From: Fimicolochytrium jonesii
Taxonomy: Eukaryota
Length of the DNA stretch: 64,000 nucleotides
Assembly: GCF_025526975.1 (NCBI RefSeq)
Contig: NW_026515672.1
Location: 806,001-870,000, forward strand
Direction: 5' to 3'
A model generated the notes under the pieces. The model had not been told where the DNA came from. It did not search any database and saw only the letters and a list, made by a program, of their open reading frames with translations. Each line of letters begins with the position of its first letter. The stretch's first letter is position 1. Positions 12,339 to 26,079 of this stretch are shown here, in pieces. The position numbers and the translations under genes are program-made.

Positions 12339-13651
12339 ATGTCCGACAAGCACGAAAGCGACTCCGGGGAAGAGGACCTCCCTCAAACCGGTGCGAACAG
12401 GGTACCCAATCTCGGGAATGACCCCGTCAACACCTCTGACCACGGGGATGAGGGCGACTTTGTCCGTGCCACGTTCACACCCTCCGCCGCTGCCGCTCTT
12501 GACGAGAAACAATCCCGACTCCAGTGCCGGATGTACGAACAGCGATTCCCGGAGGTAGATCAACTGGTTATGGCGAACGTGCGTCAAATCGCCGATATGG
12601 GGGCCTACGTCCAGCTACTCGAGTACAACAATATCGAGGGAATGATCTTGCTGAGTGAACTGTCAAGGAGACGTATCCGATCCATCCAGAAGCTGATTCG
12701 GGTGGGAAGGAACGAGGTTGTGGTCGTGCTGAGGGTGGACAAGGAGAAGGGGTACATCGACTTGTCAAAGCGTCGTGTGAGCGCAGAGGATGTGGCAAAA
12801 TGTGAGGAAAAGTTCAACAAGTCCAAGGCTGTAAGTAATTCTCATCCGTTTGCTCATGGCGCTATGAGCTCCTTCCTAAACGTCGGGATGCCAAACAGGT
12901 GCATAGCATCATGCGTCATGTCGCAGAAAGACTGAACGCCAACCTCGAGGATCTCCTGGAAAAGTACTGCTGGCCATTGTACCGCGAGTACGGACACGCA
13001 TACGACGCTTTCAAGATCGCCATCAAGTATGTTATCACCGCACAAATGTTGATCCACGGGCTTGCTTCCTCATCGAATCTCGATTCTTTAATCATTTAGC
13101 GATTTTGACAAGGTTTTCGGAACTGTCGAGATGTCGGACGATGTGAGGAAGGAACTCCACAGCAACATTCGCCGGCGTTTGACACCCCAGCCTGTGAAGA
13201 TCCGTGCCGGTTAGTTGGAGTTCTGGGACATTTGCGGGCTGGAGAGCATACTGGATACGAACGCTGATACTTTCACTCTACAGACGTTGAAGTCACATGC
13301 TTCGGCTACGAAGGTATCAACGCGATAAAACGTGCTCTGGCGGCCGGTGAAGAGCTCTCCACAGAAGAGGCTCCCATCAAGGTCAAGTTGGTCGCGCCAC
13401 CCATGTACGTCGTGCAATCGAACACACTCGAAAAGCAGGCCGGTATCGACACCATGGAGAAGGCGATCGCTGTCATTGAGGAGTCCATCAAGAAGCAAGG
13501 TGGCAGTCTGTCCATCAAAATGAAGCCTAAGGTCGTCAGCGCCACCGATGATTTGGAGTTGGCGCAATTGATGGCCCAGGTCGAGCGGGAGAACGCTGAA
13601 GTGTCGGGTGATGATGATGCGTCCGGTGGCGAGGAAGGCGATGACGAATAG
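12339..13651 (+). CDS. SUI2: Translation initiation factor eIF2 alpha subunit; 4 exons
   Basis: [12 protein letters not shown]...[65 protein letters not shown]; then [33 protein letters not shown] and an acidic C-tail. Confidence 0.97.
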
Positions 13652-13855
13652 GCGTCATGCAAACGATTGGCGTTTCTTTGGAGTCCATTCACACCCGCAC
13701 GCGATAGATCATAGCTAATGTATCCTTTGCTACATGTGCCTCTGTTTTTTATTTTGTATATCGCCGCTCTGTAGCGTTTAGCAATTTCTGCATTAGCATT
13801 TACACTAGATATCGAGATATATTGAAAGTGATATCCTCGGAAATATTGATTTCAT

Positions 13856-15321
13856 TCATATTTCCACTAACTCATTGATAACCATGTACCTCGAGAAGAG
13901 GAGGTACAAATATCTGAACCAAACCAGTTGTGACTTATGACAGGTCATCGCATTGCACCCTTGGATAGCCTGCAGCGGTCCACCGACGAACACAGCCTCC
14001 GTAGGGGCAGATGGCCCGCGAGACGTTTTCGGTTTCCTGGTGCGCAACCCTGCCTTCGCCGCCTTTTCCTTGATTGCGTCCACAGTCGAAGCCCTCAACG
14101 TCGTCCTAGAAGACGAGGCCCGTAGACGTCGGTGAGGCAAGATGTGCTTGCGGACCAAAAAGTTCAGGACGGTGTACGGTAGGTCCAACACGCCGCTGTA
14201 TTTCCGCAAGATGGAGATGGATTTGAGAGCGTAGCATACTGGGGCTCCGCGAGATGAAAGCCGCCTTGACTGGCGTCCGGCGGAGGAATACGGTTGGTTC
14301 GCGTCCTCATTATTTGCTACGAAAGCTCTGCCCGGAACCATTGGCAGGCTTTGAAAATATCTGGAGGGGACGTCAGCAAGCCAGAAGGTTTGAAGATGGA
14401 AGTGCCTGGGTTGATCGGGCGAGGAAATCCGCAAAGTAACACGCCGTTCAGCATACCTAAGACCATCAAATAGAGCCCGGTGATTTGCATGTCCTGAGAT
14501 CCCATACTGATCGAAGGTGATGATCTGAGCGAGCAACGTCTGATTGAGCAGCATGTCCTCGACAATCAGAATCCACTCCATGTCAGATCCCTACCGCTTC
14601 AATTGCCCGGTCTCCTATGTGGGCGGACAGTACATCGGCTATGACAGATGCTTTCCACCATGCGTTGGGGTCATCCTGCAGCTCGCTAGCCGTCGACAAA
14701 CGCGAGAACGCATTTGATCCGGGAAGGGATGGTAATGAGGGGCAGTTCGATTGGGAGGGTTCAATCGTGAACATGTGCTTCTAGACTGGAAGCTCACTCA
14801 CGCGTGATCTAGGCATGAGACTTTACTGGAATCGAGGATGCCGAGGGCTTTGCAGCTTTTGACGAGCTCAGTAGGCCGCACATCACCTAGTCCATCCGCG
14901 TTCCCTGATCCAAGAACATACTGGTCAACTCGGCTTCCATCGATCAATTGGCACCAAAAAAATGGAGTCGACGGTGGTGAAAGGGCTCTTTTCTGGACTT
15001 GTACGATCCGGTTCCCTTCTCACCTTGCGATAGACAAAGCACTTCGACGTCAGCGCCGGACTTCACCAGTTCGATGACCGTTGGCGCGAAGAACATGCAC
15101 TCATCGTCCGGGTGCGCAATCAGCAGAAGTGCCGTCTTCCCCACCGAACTTCCTCCCTTTCCACTCGAATGTTTTCTCCTCTTTCGGTCGGACCCAAACA
15201 GTGTTCGCTTCGTCTCCGCTGTCAGAAGAAGGCCAGAACGACTTTCTACAAACAAGGTAAGAAAAGACAGCGGGATGAAGACTAAGAGCAAGGGCAGAAA
15301 CAGCCCGATCAGCGGAAGCAT
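13856..15321 (-). CDS. GPI12: N-acetylglucosaminyl-phosphatidylinositol de-N-acetylase (PIG-L family); multi-exon
   Basis: N-terminal TM segment, then LLIAHPDDECMFFAPT, LQDDPNAWW, ITFDQYGISGHANH and AMTCHKSQLVWFRYLYLLFSRYMVINEL. Confidence 0.93.
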
Positions 15322-15828
15322 GGCGGACTCCCTCTGCGATACGTTAGTCGTTGGTGGGACGTTCCGGTCGCTGTATGTGTATTAGTATCCCAGCTGTCGG
15401 TCCAAGTGCAACTCCAATTCACTCCCAAGATCGTTATAGGAGAAGTTAGAGAGAGTTAGAGAGACTCGGGGAAGGAGATGTCCCCACGCGTTTGAACCAC
15501 TTTCCATTTGAACTGCAGCGCCATTTGAACATGCAGCGTCTTTCTTGATGCGCGTGTGGCCAATAGGAACAAGTCAGTGTGCGGGACCCGACAGAATCCT
15601 CCCGAGATGTTTCTTACCTGCTGCGAATGTGCTATTCTTAGACCCTCGTTGTTAAAGACACGGTGCGATAAATGTCGATAACAATCAGAGGATAAACAAC
15701 AATCGATCAACCAATCTTGAGTCTCAGGCGCTTTCGCATTTCTACGCTCGGCCTCCCTGCTCATCATCGCCTTCTTCGCCCAAACCCCCCCATCCCTCCC
15801 CTCCATACCACCCACACGCTCCTCCAAG

Positions 15829-17156
15829 ATGTTGATGCGAGCAGTGCAACGGCCAGCGAGCCTCAGCCTCCGAGCCACCATCCCCCGCCAAACTGCCTTT
15901 TCCACAACTGCTTTCGCACGGGCATCCGATGCCAAGCAGCACACTTTCAGCTTCCCCGAATCCAACTTTGCGTTCCACAACTGCGGTCCCATTCCGCTCG
16001 AGGCCACCGCTGGAAAGGAGGAGCTGCTCGACATGTACAGGAACATGTTGCTGATTCGTCGTCTGGAACACGCTTCTGACAATGTACGTGACTGTGGTAG
16101 ACGAACGAGCGAGATCTCGGGCAGCCGATAAATAGGGGTTGGAGACGAGTCGTTTGTGAGGCCGAAAAAGCACCGGTGCTGACTGCTCTTTGTTTCTACT
16201 TCCCCCTCACTCCGAAAACATAGCTCTACAAAGGAAAGATGATTCGTGGATTCTGTCACTTGTCAACCGGTCAGGAAGCTGTCGCCACCGGTATGCACGC
16301 TGCCATCGCAAAAGACGACGCTATCATCACAGCCTACCGTTGCCACGGTTTCACTCTCCTCCGCGGCGCCTCGGCAATGTCCATCATCGCCGAGCTTATG
16401 GGTCGTGAAGCCGGTTGCTCCAAAGGAAAGGGAGGTTCCATGCACATGTTCGCGCACGAATTCTACGGTGGAAACGGTATCGTCGGTGCGCAAGTCCCCA
16501 TCGGTGCGGGTATTGCTCTGGCGCAGAAGTACCTGCAGAAGGGGACAATGACGTTCGCGATGTACGGAGACGGTGCCGCGAACCAAGGACAGGTGTTCGA
16601 GGCATACAACATGGCCAAGCTCTGGAACCTGCCCGTCGTATTCGTCTGCGAAAACAACATGTACGGAATGGGTACGTCTGCCCACCGTGCTGCCGCTTCC
16701 ACAAAGTACTACACCCGCGGTGACTACATCCCCGGTGTGCGCGTCAACGGAATGGACGTCCTGGCTGTCCGCGAAGCCTCAAAGTACGCTCGGGAGTGGA
16801 CGCTCTCTGGGAAGGGACCTATGGTCATGGAGATGGTGACTTACCGTTACGGTGGTCACTCCATGTCCGACCCCGGAACCACGTACCGTACCCGTGAGGA
16901 GATTCAGAACATGAGGTCAACCAACGACCCCATCACCGGTTTGAAGGACCGCATTTTGGGCAGCAACATTGCAGCGGAGGACGAGTTGAAGAAGATCGAG
17001 AAGGATGCACGTGTCGAGATTGACCAGGCCGTCGTAGAAGCCAAGGAGAGCCCAGAGCCCAACGTCTCGCAGCTCTACACGGACATCTACACCGTCGGCA
17101 ATGAGCCTCCGTTCCTTCGTGGATGCTCGCCTCAGGAGATCCACCGTTTCGCGTAG
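15829..17156 (+). CDS. PDA1: Pyruvate dehydrogenase E1 alpha subunit, mitochondrial; 2 exons
   Basis: Arg/Ser/Ala-rich presequence; [27 protein letters not shown], ThDP motif [10 protein letters not shown]...ENN and [13 protein letters not shown]. Confidence 0.97.
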
Positions 17157-17798
17157 ATTAGGTTTCCCCTCCACGATATCCCCCCACGTCACGCATGTTC
17201 TGACCCGTGTATCCTTTTGCATGAGAAAACCTTGAGGGTTTCCCAATTTCTGTGTGTATCAATAGACAGAGTTCGCTAGCGTTTTCAAATCTTTCATTGA
17301 GGATGGAGTCGTTCCTTCTTTGTTGGGTAGACGGACGCAATCGCTGCGATTTCCCCACTTCCCTCATACGCAGTAGTGTCGAGCGTTGAAGCTCACCCGA
17401 CATTGGCGCATGCTCCTCTTGTGTATCACACATTGGCTTATCTTTCCGCAAATCAATATCATCCGCTGCTGTTCATCGCCTTTGTGCTTGTCTCGATCAG
17501 ATCGATGTGGGCAGATGTGGGCCTGAGTGGAGGCCAACAAAACCAAGCAGAGAGTCAAATGAACAAGTAAATCGACAAAGACATCTGCACATTTCCACTG
17601 TTCCTTGCGAACAAATCAAAGAAGAAACTACAACAAAATAAAGAAAAGGGGCGAAGCACGGAAGGAAAAGAAAGAAATCGGCAGGATATAAAAGTGACAG
17701 GGCACACCACGACAGAAGAAGAATGGGCCTATTCAACAGAGGATTGGGAAAGAGATCTGAACCCAACACGCGCGAGGGTAATGTGAGGTATATATGTA

Positions 17799-20700
17799 TC
17801 AACGGCGGGGCGGGCGCGGTGGCAGCTCAATCTCTTCGACGTCCTCAGGGTTGGAATCGGTCGACAGCGTTCCGAAGCTGTTGTCGTCCCCATCCCTACT
17901 TCCATTATCTCCCATCTCTGCATAGTCTTCATCCTCCACATCATCATCATCGTCGTCGCCATCGTCGTCTTCATCGGACCCACCGGCGCAGCTGCCATCG
18001 TTGCTGTCCTCTTGGTCGCCAAGCCCTTCCAATTTCACGCCGGCTTCGATCCCTTCGGTAAAATCTAGCACCTCGAACCAGGTTGGGCCGCCGTCGCGTT
18101 GCACAGCGCATACAAGTCGTTGTTCGTCCATGCGCACTCGCCAGACGCCTTGTACATTGCCGACGAGGTCGCGAATGAAGCGGCCGTGGACGGGTTGCGG
18201 ACCGTTAGGGCCTTGCGTGAACGCCAGCGCGGGAACGAAAGGCGCGCCTGCTGGTGGTTGGCCTGATCCGTACCCTGTCGAGTTGAGCTCCCAAACCTTG
18301 ACGCCGCCGTCTGAACCAGAGACTATGCGGTTCAAGCGTGGCTCGTGGTGGAAGCAGGTGATTGCCGCCGAATGTCCCGTTAGATTAGCCAAGCATTGTC
18401 CTGTTGTCGGTGACCAGATACGGAGCGTCGCGTCCGCTGCCGCAGAGACCAGGTACTGCGGTGATAGTTCCAAGAGACCCACCAACGATGTATGACCTGA
18501 GTGAAGTGAGGCTGATAAGCAAACTGAAGGAGTAAACGAGCATTGAAATATCCACAACCGACGCACCTTCTAAATTGAACAGCTGCGCTCCAGTTCGCGT
18601 GCACCATATCCTCACCGTAGCATCCATACTGCCACTGACGGCCCGCCGCAACTCATGGCTATATCCCACACTGTACACCTTCTGCCGATGGCCACGGCAA
18701 ATGAACGACACGGCTCCAGTCCCGAGATCCCAAACACGGACCGTACAATCGTAGCTCCCACTCACGAGCGTATTGCCGTAACCAGCAATCGCGCGCACCG
18801 AGTCCGAGTGTCCGCACAGCACATACTTGAAGAAGGGATTCGATGCTCGCGTGCTCCCAGTGCTCGGTGACGAAGCCCCGCAGCCAGGCAGCCATGGAAT
18901 ATCCCGCTTTGGATGCGGTAGCTTCCACACCCGTAACGTGGCATCACGAGATCCCGTCACAATCAGTGGCACCTCAGGCTCCATCTTCCCTGTGGCTGGG
19001 TTCTTATGCGGAATGATGATGATCAGGCACCGTACGGTTGATGTGTGGCCTTCGAAAAGGTGGGTGCACGCGCCTTCTTCCATATCCCAGACGCGAACGC
19101 TTCGATCGGTTGAGCCAGATACAAGGACCTCGTTCCAGTACTGCAGGGCCCAAACTCCGCCTTCATGTCCTTCGAGTCGCTTCTTCAGTCCGCCTGTTCG
19201 CGTATCGTAGATGTGGATTGTCTGGTCATCAGAACCTGAGACAATCTTGTCTGCGTCAAACTGCAAGCACGTCACAACGTTGAACGCATGGCCGGGGAAG
19301 GAAATGTGCTTGTAGCGACCATGGAACCAGTTTTGCCTTATAACGTGATGCCTTCGGTACAGGTTCTTGAAAAGATTTGGTGGTGTTTGAACCCCCTCGG
19401 CAAAGGACTCGGTAGGACGCTTGTTCTCGCGTAAGTGGGCCCCGTAAATTTCCCAATCAACCGGCCAATCGTTTCGTCCTTGCTTTCCGTTGATGGGTAT
19501 AGGGTCTGCATCTTCAGCGTCATCATCGCATTCATCCATCGCATCATGTGGGCGGAACTTCGACCGGTCCCGACGTTGAGGGCCAATCTCCTCCCTGACC
19601 TCCATATCATCATACCAGCCCTCGCACTGCAAGCGCTTCTTCCAAACAGCCAGCTCAGCACCCTCGCCATCGACAACCCGTTTCCACGCTCTGCTGACTG
19701 CAGCGCAGCGTCCGAGAGACCGTAAATCGAGATATTGCAGAATATGATATGCGAGTTCCACTGGCAACAATGCCACATAGTCCCGTTTGAGACTAGGTAA
19801 GATCAGAGAAGATACGAATTGCAATGTCGGGAACTGGCAGCGTCGTAACAGTTGAAGAAGCAGGTAAGACTTTAGCTGCGGTGGGAGGGTGTCGAAAGTC
19901 GAGATAATATACGGGATGTCTCCAAGAGCTGCGACACCGGAGAATTCGGGTGGGATTTCCATGCTGGCTGGCCAGCTATATTGAGGCGCGTGCAAGTCGG
20001 GCACGTGGCTCGGTTGCGCCACTCCAACGGATCGCACCAGAGAAGGTCCCGTTTCAAAAGTATCGTTCAGGTATCCTGCGTGATTTGTAGGAGATGCCGT
20101 CGGACTTGGTAAATTGACATTTGAAACATCCGCACTCCCAGAATCTGTCAAAGGAGCGCCGCCCAGAATGTCAATTGGATTTGACTCTGGGAATGGCGTC
20201 AAAGGAATAGGTATTGGCCCCGCACCCATATGGGCTTTGATAGCCGCCCCAGATGTGATTTGCTGAAGCTCACTCTGACCAGCGGAGTTCAGCTGAAACG
20301 TCGACGATCCTCCAATAGAGCCTCTTCGTTTCGGAGCCCGAGAGTTTGGGTGTGACCGCGAGGATGATGCATTGACGTTTTGCATGGAGTTAGTGATCAT
20401 ATCAGAATTGGTCTCGGGGGAAATGGGCCGCTTCCGGGGAACGTAAGCGAAGGAACCACTCGCGGTTGTTGTGCGTGTGACTTCTCCTTTTTGATGCGTA
20501 GGAGATGAGACTGTTGTGCGTATGGACCGTGCCTCCCGGGAAGCTGATAGTCTGTTTCGGAAAGTGCCCGACTACGAGAAATCAAGTTAGCAAATACTCA
20601 GTCCACCTGGAAACCCTCTGTGTACGAATAGTACCTGGATGCCCGAAACCTGGTCTTGGTCGACTCGGAGCTCGGAAACAGAGGTCGGAAGTCCGTCCAA

Positions 20701-21165
20701 ATCGAACGAGAAGCTTCTCAAAAACGGAGGTGTTGGAGCTTTCGCCAACGGGTATGATTCCAGATCCAATGGGTGCTTCCTCGGTGGTGCCGGGATGATC
20801 AAGGGAGGGTATTCGACAGTGCGAGTGGTGGTAGTCGTAACAACTGTTGTCACCTGCTGCGGCGCGAGAGCGTACCGTGCCCTATCGTCTGGGAGGTCCC
20901 GCCCCCGATGAGAGTCTGAGAAATAGTCTGTAGCGGGACGACCTAATCAATTGGCGTTATGAAAGCCTCTAAAGTCTGAAGTTGCTCCCCTACCTTCGTG
21001 TGCAACGGAACGAGGAACGGCGAACGGGGTTTCGAAGGAGGACGTCAACGGAGCTGACGAGCTGGCCGCGGCAGGGTAAGAATCCAAGGCAGGCTGCGGC
21101 GGCGCGAAACTGGGAGACAATGGGGCAGATCCTCGATTCCGGTCTGAAGGTGGGAATGGTAGCAT
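17799..21165 (-). CDS. CDC4: F-box/WD40 SCF substrate receptor, Cdc4/Fbw7-like; multi-exon; start approximate
   Basis: F-box DYVALLPVELAYHILQYLD and WD40 repeats (VVTCLQFDADKIVSGSDD, GHEGGVWALQY, GHTSTVRCL, GHSDSVRAI, GHTSLVGLL). Also a fungal Cdc4-type TTTTTRTVEYPPL segment and an acidic C-tail. Confidence 0.92.
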
Positions 21166-22361
21166 TCCGTGCTGGACCAGAAAAAGGGCCGAGTCCAATC
21201 GACGCCACGCCGTTCTGCTCTTCTGAACCACCAACTGGCAACTGACACCGCGCGGCAGCAAGTCGAATCGGTTGTCAGTTCGTGTGGAGAGCAACAGCCT
21301 GCCAACAATGGTAGGAAACAGTCAGATTGGATTGCCAACGACTCTAGTCAGTTCGTAGGTGATGCTGATTGACACTTACTTTGCCTGGCGTTTGACAATA
21401 CCAACGATAACTTCCGAAGGCTCCGCTTTGAATTGATAACGACGAATCCGAAAGCGGAGGTCACGTATGGAACACCGCCGAGTCGAATCAGACTCCGCTA
21501 CCAATTTCTTTGTGACCCGAGGCGACAGTGATTTCTGATCTTCGCTCTATCAACAATTTGCGGTAGGTAGGGACGCACGAGTGAGTTGAATCGACTTTTG
21601 ATGCTTGCGACGCGAAGAACGTCACGAATGCAGCTGCTGTGCAATTCTGCAATTCGAGTTTGGAGCGCAGAATTCGGCTCGCACCCAGCTTGAGCCCCGC
21701 AGACGCCTTCAGCACTGCCGTATGCCGCTCGTTTCTGGAGCCTATTTTATTCGAACTAATGCTTCTCGGATAGTCCTACGGCTCCAATCCTGCGCGGATT
21801 CTGTGGGGAGCAGCGAGGGGACGGACGCGCTCTGAACGCTCCGGACGAACGTGCGGAGCGGTGGAAGGGTTTGTCAACTTACCACTGTGCGAATCGGCCA
21901 ATGAGAACAGGAGCAGGAGGGGGCAGGCCCTTGTGGTTGGGTGGTGGGTTAACGTGAGGGACTGGGAGCACAGCTGGGGAGTTGGCGGAGGGCGTGGGAA
22001 AGCCGGTTTCTGCCTGTCTGTCTGGGGCGCCGGGACGCAATACCGTTTGATCCTCTGCCAATTGAGGAGTCCCAGGAGTCCCTTGGTCTCAATACAAATG
22101 ATGAGAGGACAAAGGCCGCGCGTTACTAATCATGACAAGCGGCCGTTATCAACCCGTTGGAACACGGCTTTCTCCCTGTGACATAACAGCTGCCGTCCGT
22201 CGTTTTTTATTTTTGAATTGGTTCGACCTCGATGTGACTTCTTTCTCGCTCTTCGTGTTATCTTATATGCGCAAGGTTACGGTCATCACGCCGGCAATAT
22301 CAGGCCGTGCAAACGGTAATAGAGATCTCATTGACAGCCAAGAATAGAAGCGCACGTCTAT

Positions 22362-24080
22362 CTACTCTGCATACACTTTTGTTTTCTGTGGCTGGGAACG
22401 GCCTTTCTGGAACACTATCGCCCTTGCCAGCGAAAGCACGAACCTAATCTCCTCGCCCCACACCCACTGCTTTATGGTTCGAAGCACATTAAGCACAGAT
22501 GTGGGGTTCGTAAGATTCTTGGTTCCCCAGTGCGTTTTCCCCGAGTGTTTCTCGGGCCCAAATAAAATATCAGCCAGCTGTCTTGGCCACATCCGTTCAC
22601 TCAATGTGCTCGCAGCGCGCCATTTCTGGTGCCGGAACTCAGGATTCTCGATGTACGCGTTGGTGAACCAGTCGTTTAACGTAGGTAAACTAGGAGCGAC
22701 GCCGGAGATTTTTGGGATCAGCAGTTGCAATGGCGAATCTAGCAACCCTCGTTCCGTACGGAGAGCCTTCAAATTGAGTCGCTTCAGCTCAATCATTTCG
22801 CTGACAAACGATGGTTGGAGATGTACCACGGAGCAGTTGTCGAGGTGGTGTTCAGGGCCAGGCCGCCACCGCGTCAGAGCATCAATGGCCGCTGGGTAAA
22901 TGGTTTTGTGGGATTTGTCGGATACGAATAGTCCCGGGGCAGTGTCATCTGCCAAAGTGGTGTTGAGCATGAAGTCCGTCACCCCTCCGTCCATGTAGAG
23001 ACCGCAGCCGACACCGTGGATATACTCGCATCGTTCCTGTCAATGAGAAAGTAGTGAGCTTCGAAGTCCGCATGGGTAAGAGGTCCGGCGACATGCAATC
23101 TCTCACCTGAACAAATGGAACGGAGCTTGTAGCGTGCAGGACCTCATATATGTTTTGCCGTGTGAGTTTCACAAAGCGAGTATTCTCTTTCCCTCCAACG
23201 CCGTCGGCCAAGAACCGCGGCGCTTCGTCTCCCGTATAGAAGATCAGCCGTTGACAGATATATCTCATGACAACGTCGTGCGATGGTCGCTTGCGCTCCA
23301 CCTTTCTGCCCAGCGCTCCATTGACCGCCGTCCAAGCAACATTCCAAACTGCTTGAAGTATCGGATAGATGATTTCGATCAAAGCGACGATGGCGAAAAC
23401 GATTGGTAGCAACCACGCTGGAAACTTTTGAAACGGCGGCCGAACCGCACTTACAATCACGGCCGCATGGTATTGCGGGTGTGAGAGGATTTCGTCTACC
23501 ATACTCTCTGGCGCTACCAAGCGATACATGTGCGCCATCATCGGAGCAAGCGTAGCGGGCGTGTCTCCGTGAACATAGTGCATGTAGCATAGTTGAGCGA
23601 GCAGGTCATTGGTGACATTCTTGCCGGAGATGAAGCTGCTTATGAGCGCTAAATTGCGGATGGCGCCCATGGAGGCACCCACTAGCCACTTTTTGCCGTG
23701 CAGTTTGTTCTCGTTGTGGAGCTCGCGCATACGGGACTCGAACCCCAAAGTGGTGACGCCTGCTGGTCCTGATGCCGGCAGAAGAAAAGTCCTGCAGAAG
23801 TGAGCCCGGTCAGTTTCCTCAAAGTAGGAGAACTATCACAGTGACCAAACACAAACTTGAAATAGTCGAGATCCATTGTTTTCAACTTGTCAATCTCGCT
23901 CGCAGAAGTCCTCAACGCTCTTGATGGCCATAGGCCGAACACGTCTTTATTCCGAGAACTCAAGTCAATGCCGGAATCCAGAGATTTGCTGACATCTTCA
24001 GTGAATCCCGCTGTTCGACGGACTTGCGGACGATAGTTCTCTCGTGGAGGAGTTGGGTAGGTGCTCTCGAGTACTGGCAT
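22362..24080 (-). CDS. Patatin-like phospholipase; 3 exons
   Basis: Spliced product has Gly-loop-like PASGPAG, nucleophile elbow LVGASMGA, ATSSVPF and the catalytic-Asp motif YMDGG. An alternative ATG lies at 24173. Confidence 0.8.
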
Positions 24081-24587
24081 TTTATCTATACGTGGTATTA
24101 GGAGTAATGGGAATATCAGGGCTGGAGCTGACTCTCCCTCCATCTTATATACGGTGTGAGCATCGCTATACAATATTTCTCCACTTGGCGGATTTCCTGT
24201 ATAAAGTAAGTCGCTCGGAGCTCCACATGCGGAGGATGCATCTCCATCTAGCCGATGTTCTCTTTCCCTTTTTCGCCACGGAGGGCATTTTCCCTGGGCT
24301 TAATCGAGTTCAGGTCCCGTCATATGGAATCATCTGGCGGGGTACCGGCGGGAATGCTTGTTTGCGGCTTCATCGCCGATTCAAATCGGGTGAACTGAGG
24401 CGTAAAGATCGAATAACAACAATGAGGGTTGGTGCCCTTCCCCGTCCCAGGGATGTGGCCAAAAACTCAATAATGAATCAAAACGCCCTGTCGATTTGTT
24501 ACGTAGGTAAGCAATCACGCTCCAAGGCGGTTTGCTGAATTGTTGAAAATGGACTGCGAGGTTGTCACTTGACAAACGGCAGCAGCT

Positions 24588-26079
24588 ATGTGTGAACAGC
24601 TGTCGTCTTCTGCAATAGAGACATTCCGAGAATCTGCGGCCTCGATACTCAAGAATGAGAATACATTGGATCGATTGGGGGAATTGGCAACCGTGCTGCG
24701 AGAGATCCGAGCTAAAAGGATTGAAATGGAGAACTTGAAGTATGTGATCGAGATCGGTTCATCTTCATTTCTTTGAAAGGAAAGCTGAATAGTGATTCGT
24801 TTTTTCTTAGGCCAAATTCGGATGTCAAATGGCGTGGGGTGTCTTCCTGGCGCTCATTAGTGAGCCGCACGCCGTCGCCCAGCTCAAGCAGGCATGGCTC
24901 CAGATCTGCTTCGCCCGGCCCAAAGAGCAGCGGCGGTTATGCGGAAAAAGACGCGCTGCAAAGTGACATACATCGATTGAAGGAAGATGCTCGTCTCCGA
25001 ATAAGAGGTTTGCCGGAAGACTTGAGGCACTCGATTGTCATGGCGGAATACGAGAACGTGGACGAGGCGGATCCTGGACAATGTGCGGGTATCGACGCAA
25101 TCTGTTCTGATCTGCGGGATTCCATCAACCAAGCCTACTTCAACGTTTGTACCACCAGCTCACTTACCTGTCTGCTATTGCGCTCAATCGGTTTACAAAA
25201 TCTATCCTGCATTCCAGGCGTTCGATCCACTCCCGTTCGGTTTGTTCTCGGAAGAAGATGAGCTAAGAATGAGGTGGCAGGATTCTACAGCAGCCCTTCT
25301 GAAGGTGTGCTGCCCTCCCGAAACGAGTCCCGCTGTGGTATTCTGCCGATGTTAGGTTAATTTATTCTCAGCTACCAGTGCAAACAAACGATACGACAGG
25401 TACATGAAGCAGGCCCAATGCTGCAGCAAGCGACCACGGCGTTGGAATGCATCATGTCTAGTGCACATGATGGGCAGAACTCAAAAATGGCGGGACAGGG
25501 TCAGTACTAATGTCTATGCCCAAAGGCAGGACCTTCTGCTGATGATCAAGGATTCATGGCCTCCATATAGAAGCATTTTCGTCGCTGATCCTGGCCGACA
25601 CGGCACTTCATACGGCATGGAATAATCTCAGCGAGGCCGATTTTGGTTTGGGCAGTCTTCCAAACCTCAGCGCTATTCCCGACACTTCGGCCTCATCTAT
25701 GCCGTTTGCTCAAGTACGCAGGATTGCGCAACATTTACAACCGGCCGTGGCTGCCCTGGTCGATGCAACAAGAGATTACAAAAGGGCGTCCAAGCAGGAA
25801 GTGGCCCGCTTGCAAGCAATCGATGATGAGATAGCCGCAAGACTCACAAGGGCGCGGAGGCGGATTCTCATGCGTTGTTGTAGTGATGTGGAAGGGTTGG
25901 CACCTGGAGCTGCCACAAATGGACGAAGCTTTGATGATCTTCCGCCGCAGTACGAGGCGGTCCCGGCCTATGAAACTCAAGCAGAACGAGATACCACCGT
26001 GACTCCGACAGATGCACCTCCATCCTATACGCTCGCACTACAAGCCTTGCAGCACTGTTACGAGGGTCGAAGCATATAA
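24588..26079 (+). CDS. Hypothetical helical/coiled-coil protein with C-terminal PPxY motifs; multi-exon
   Basis: A series of ORF segments joined by GT-AG introns (e.g. GTATGT at about 24740 to TAG at about 24810). The last exon contains LPPQYE and APPSYT. Confidence 0.55.

Noticed and set aside
15456..16259. 267-aa minus-strand ORF
   Set aside because: Antisense to PDA1 exon 1 and its promoter; no recognisable motif.
17930..17975. (TCA/TCG)n trinucleotide run
   Set aside because: It simply encodes the Asp-rich tail of Cdc4; the His/Arg-rich plus-strand ORF is its shadow.
20397..20585. Apparent frameshift between ORFs in the Cdc4 N-terminus
   Set aside because: The main Cdc4 frame stays open upstream of Met 20400 (..RKRPISPETNSDMITNS), so an ordinary intron explains the join.
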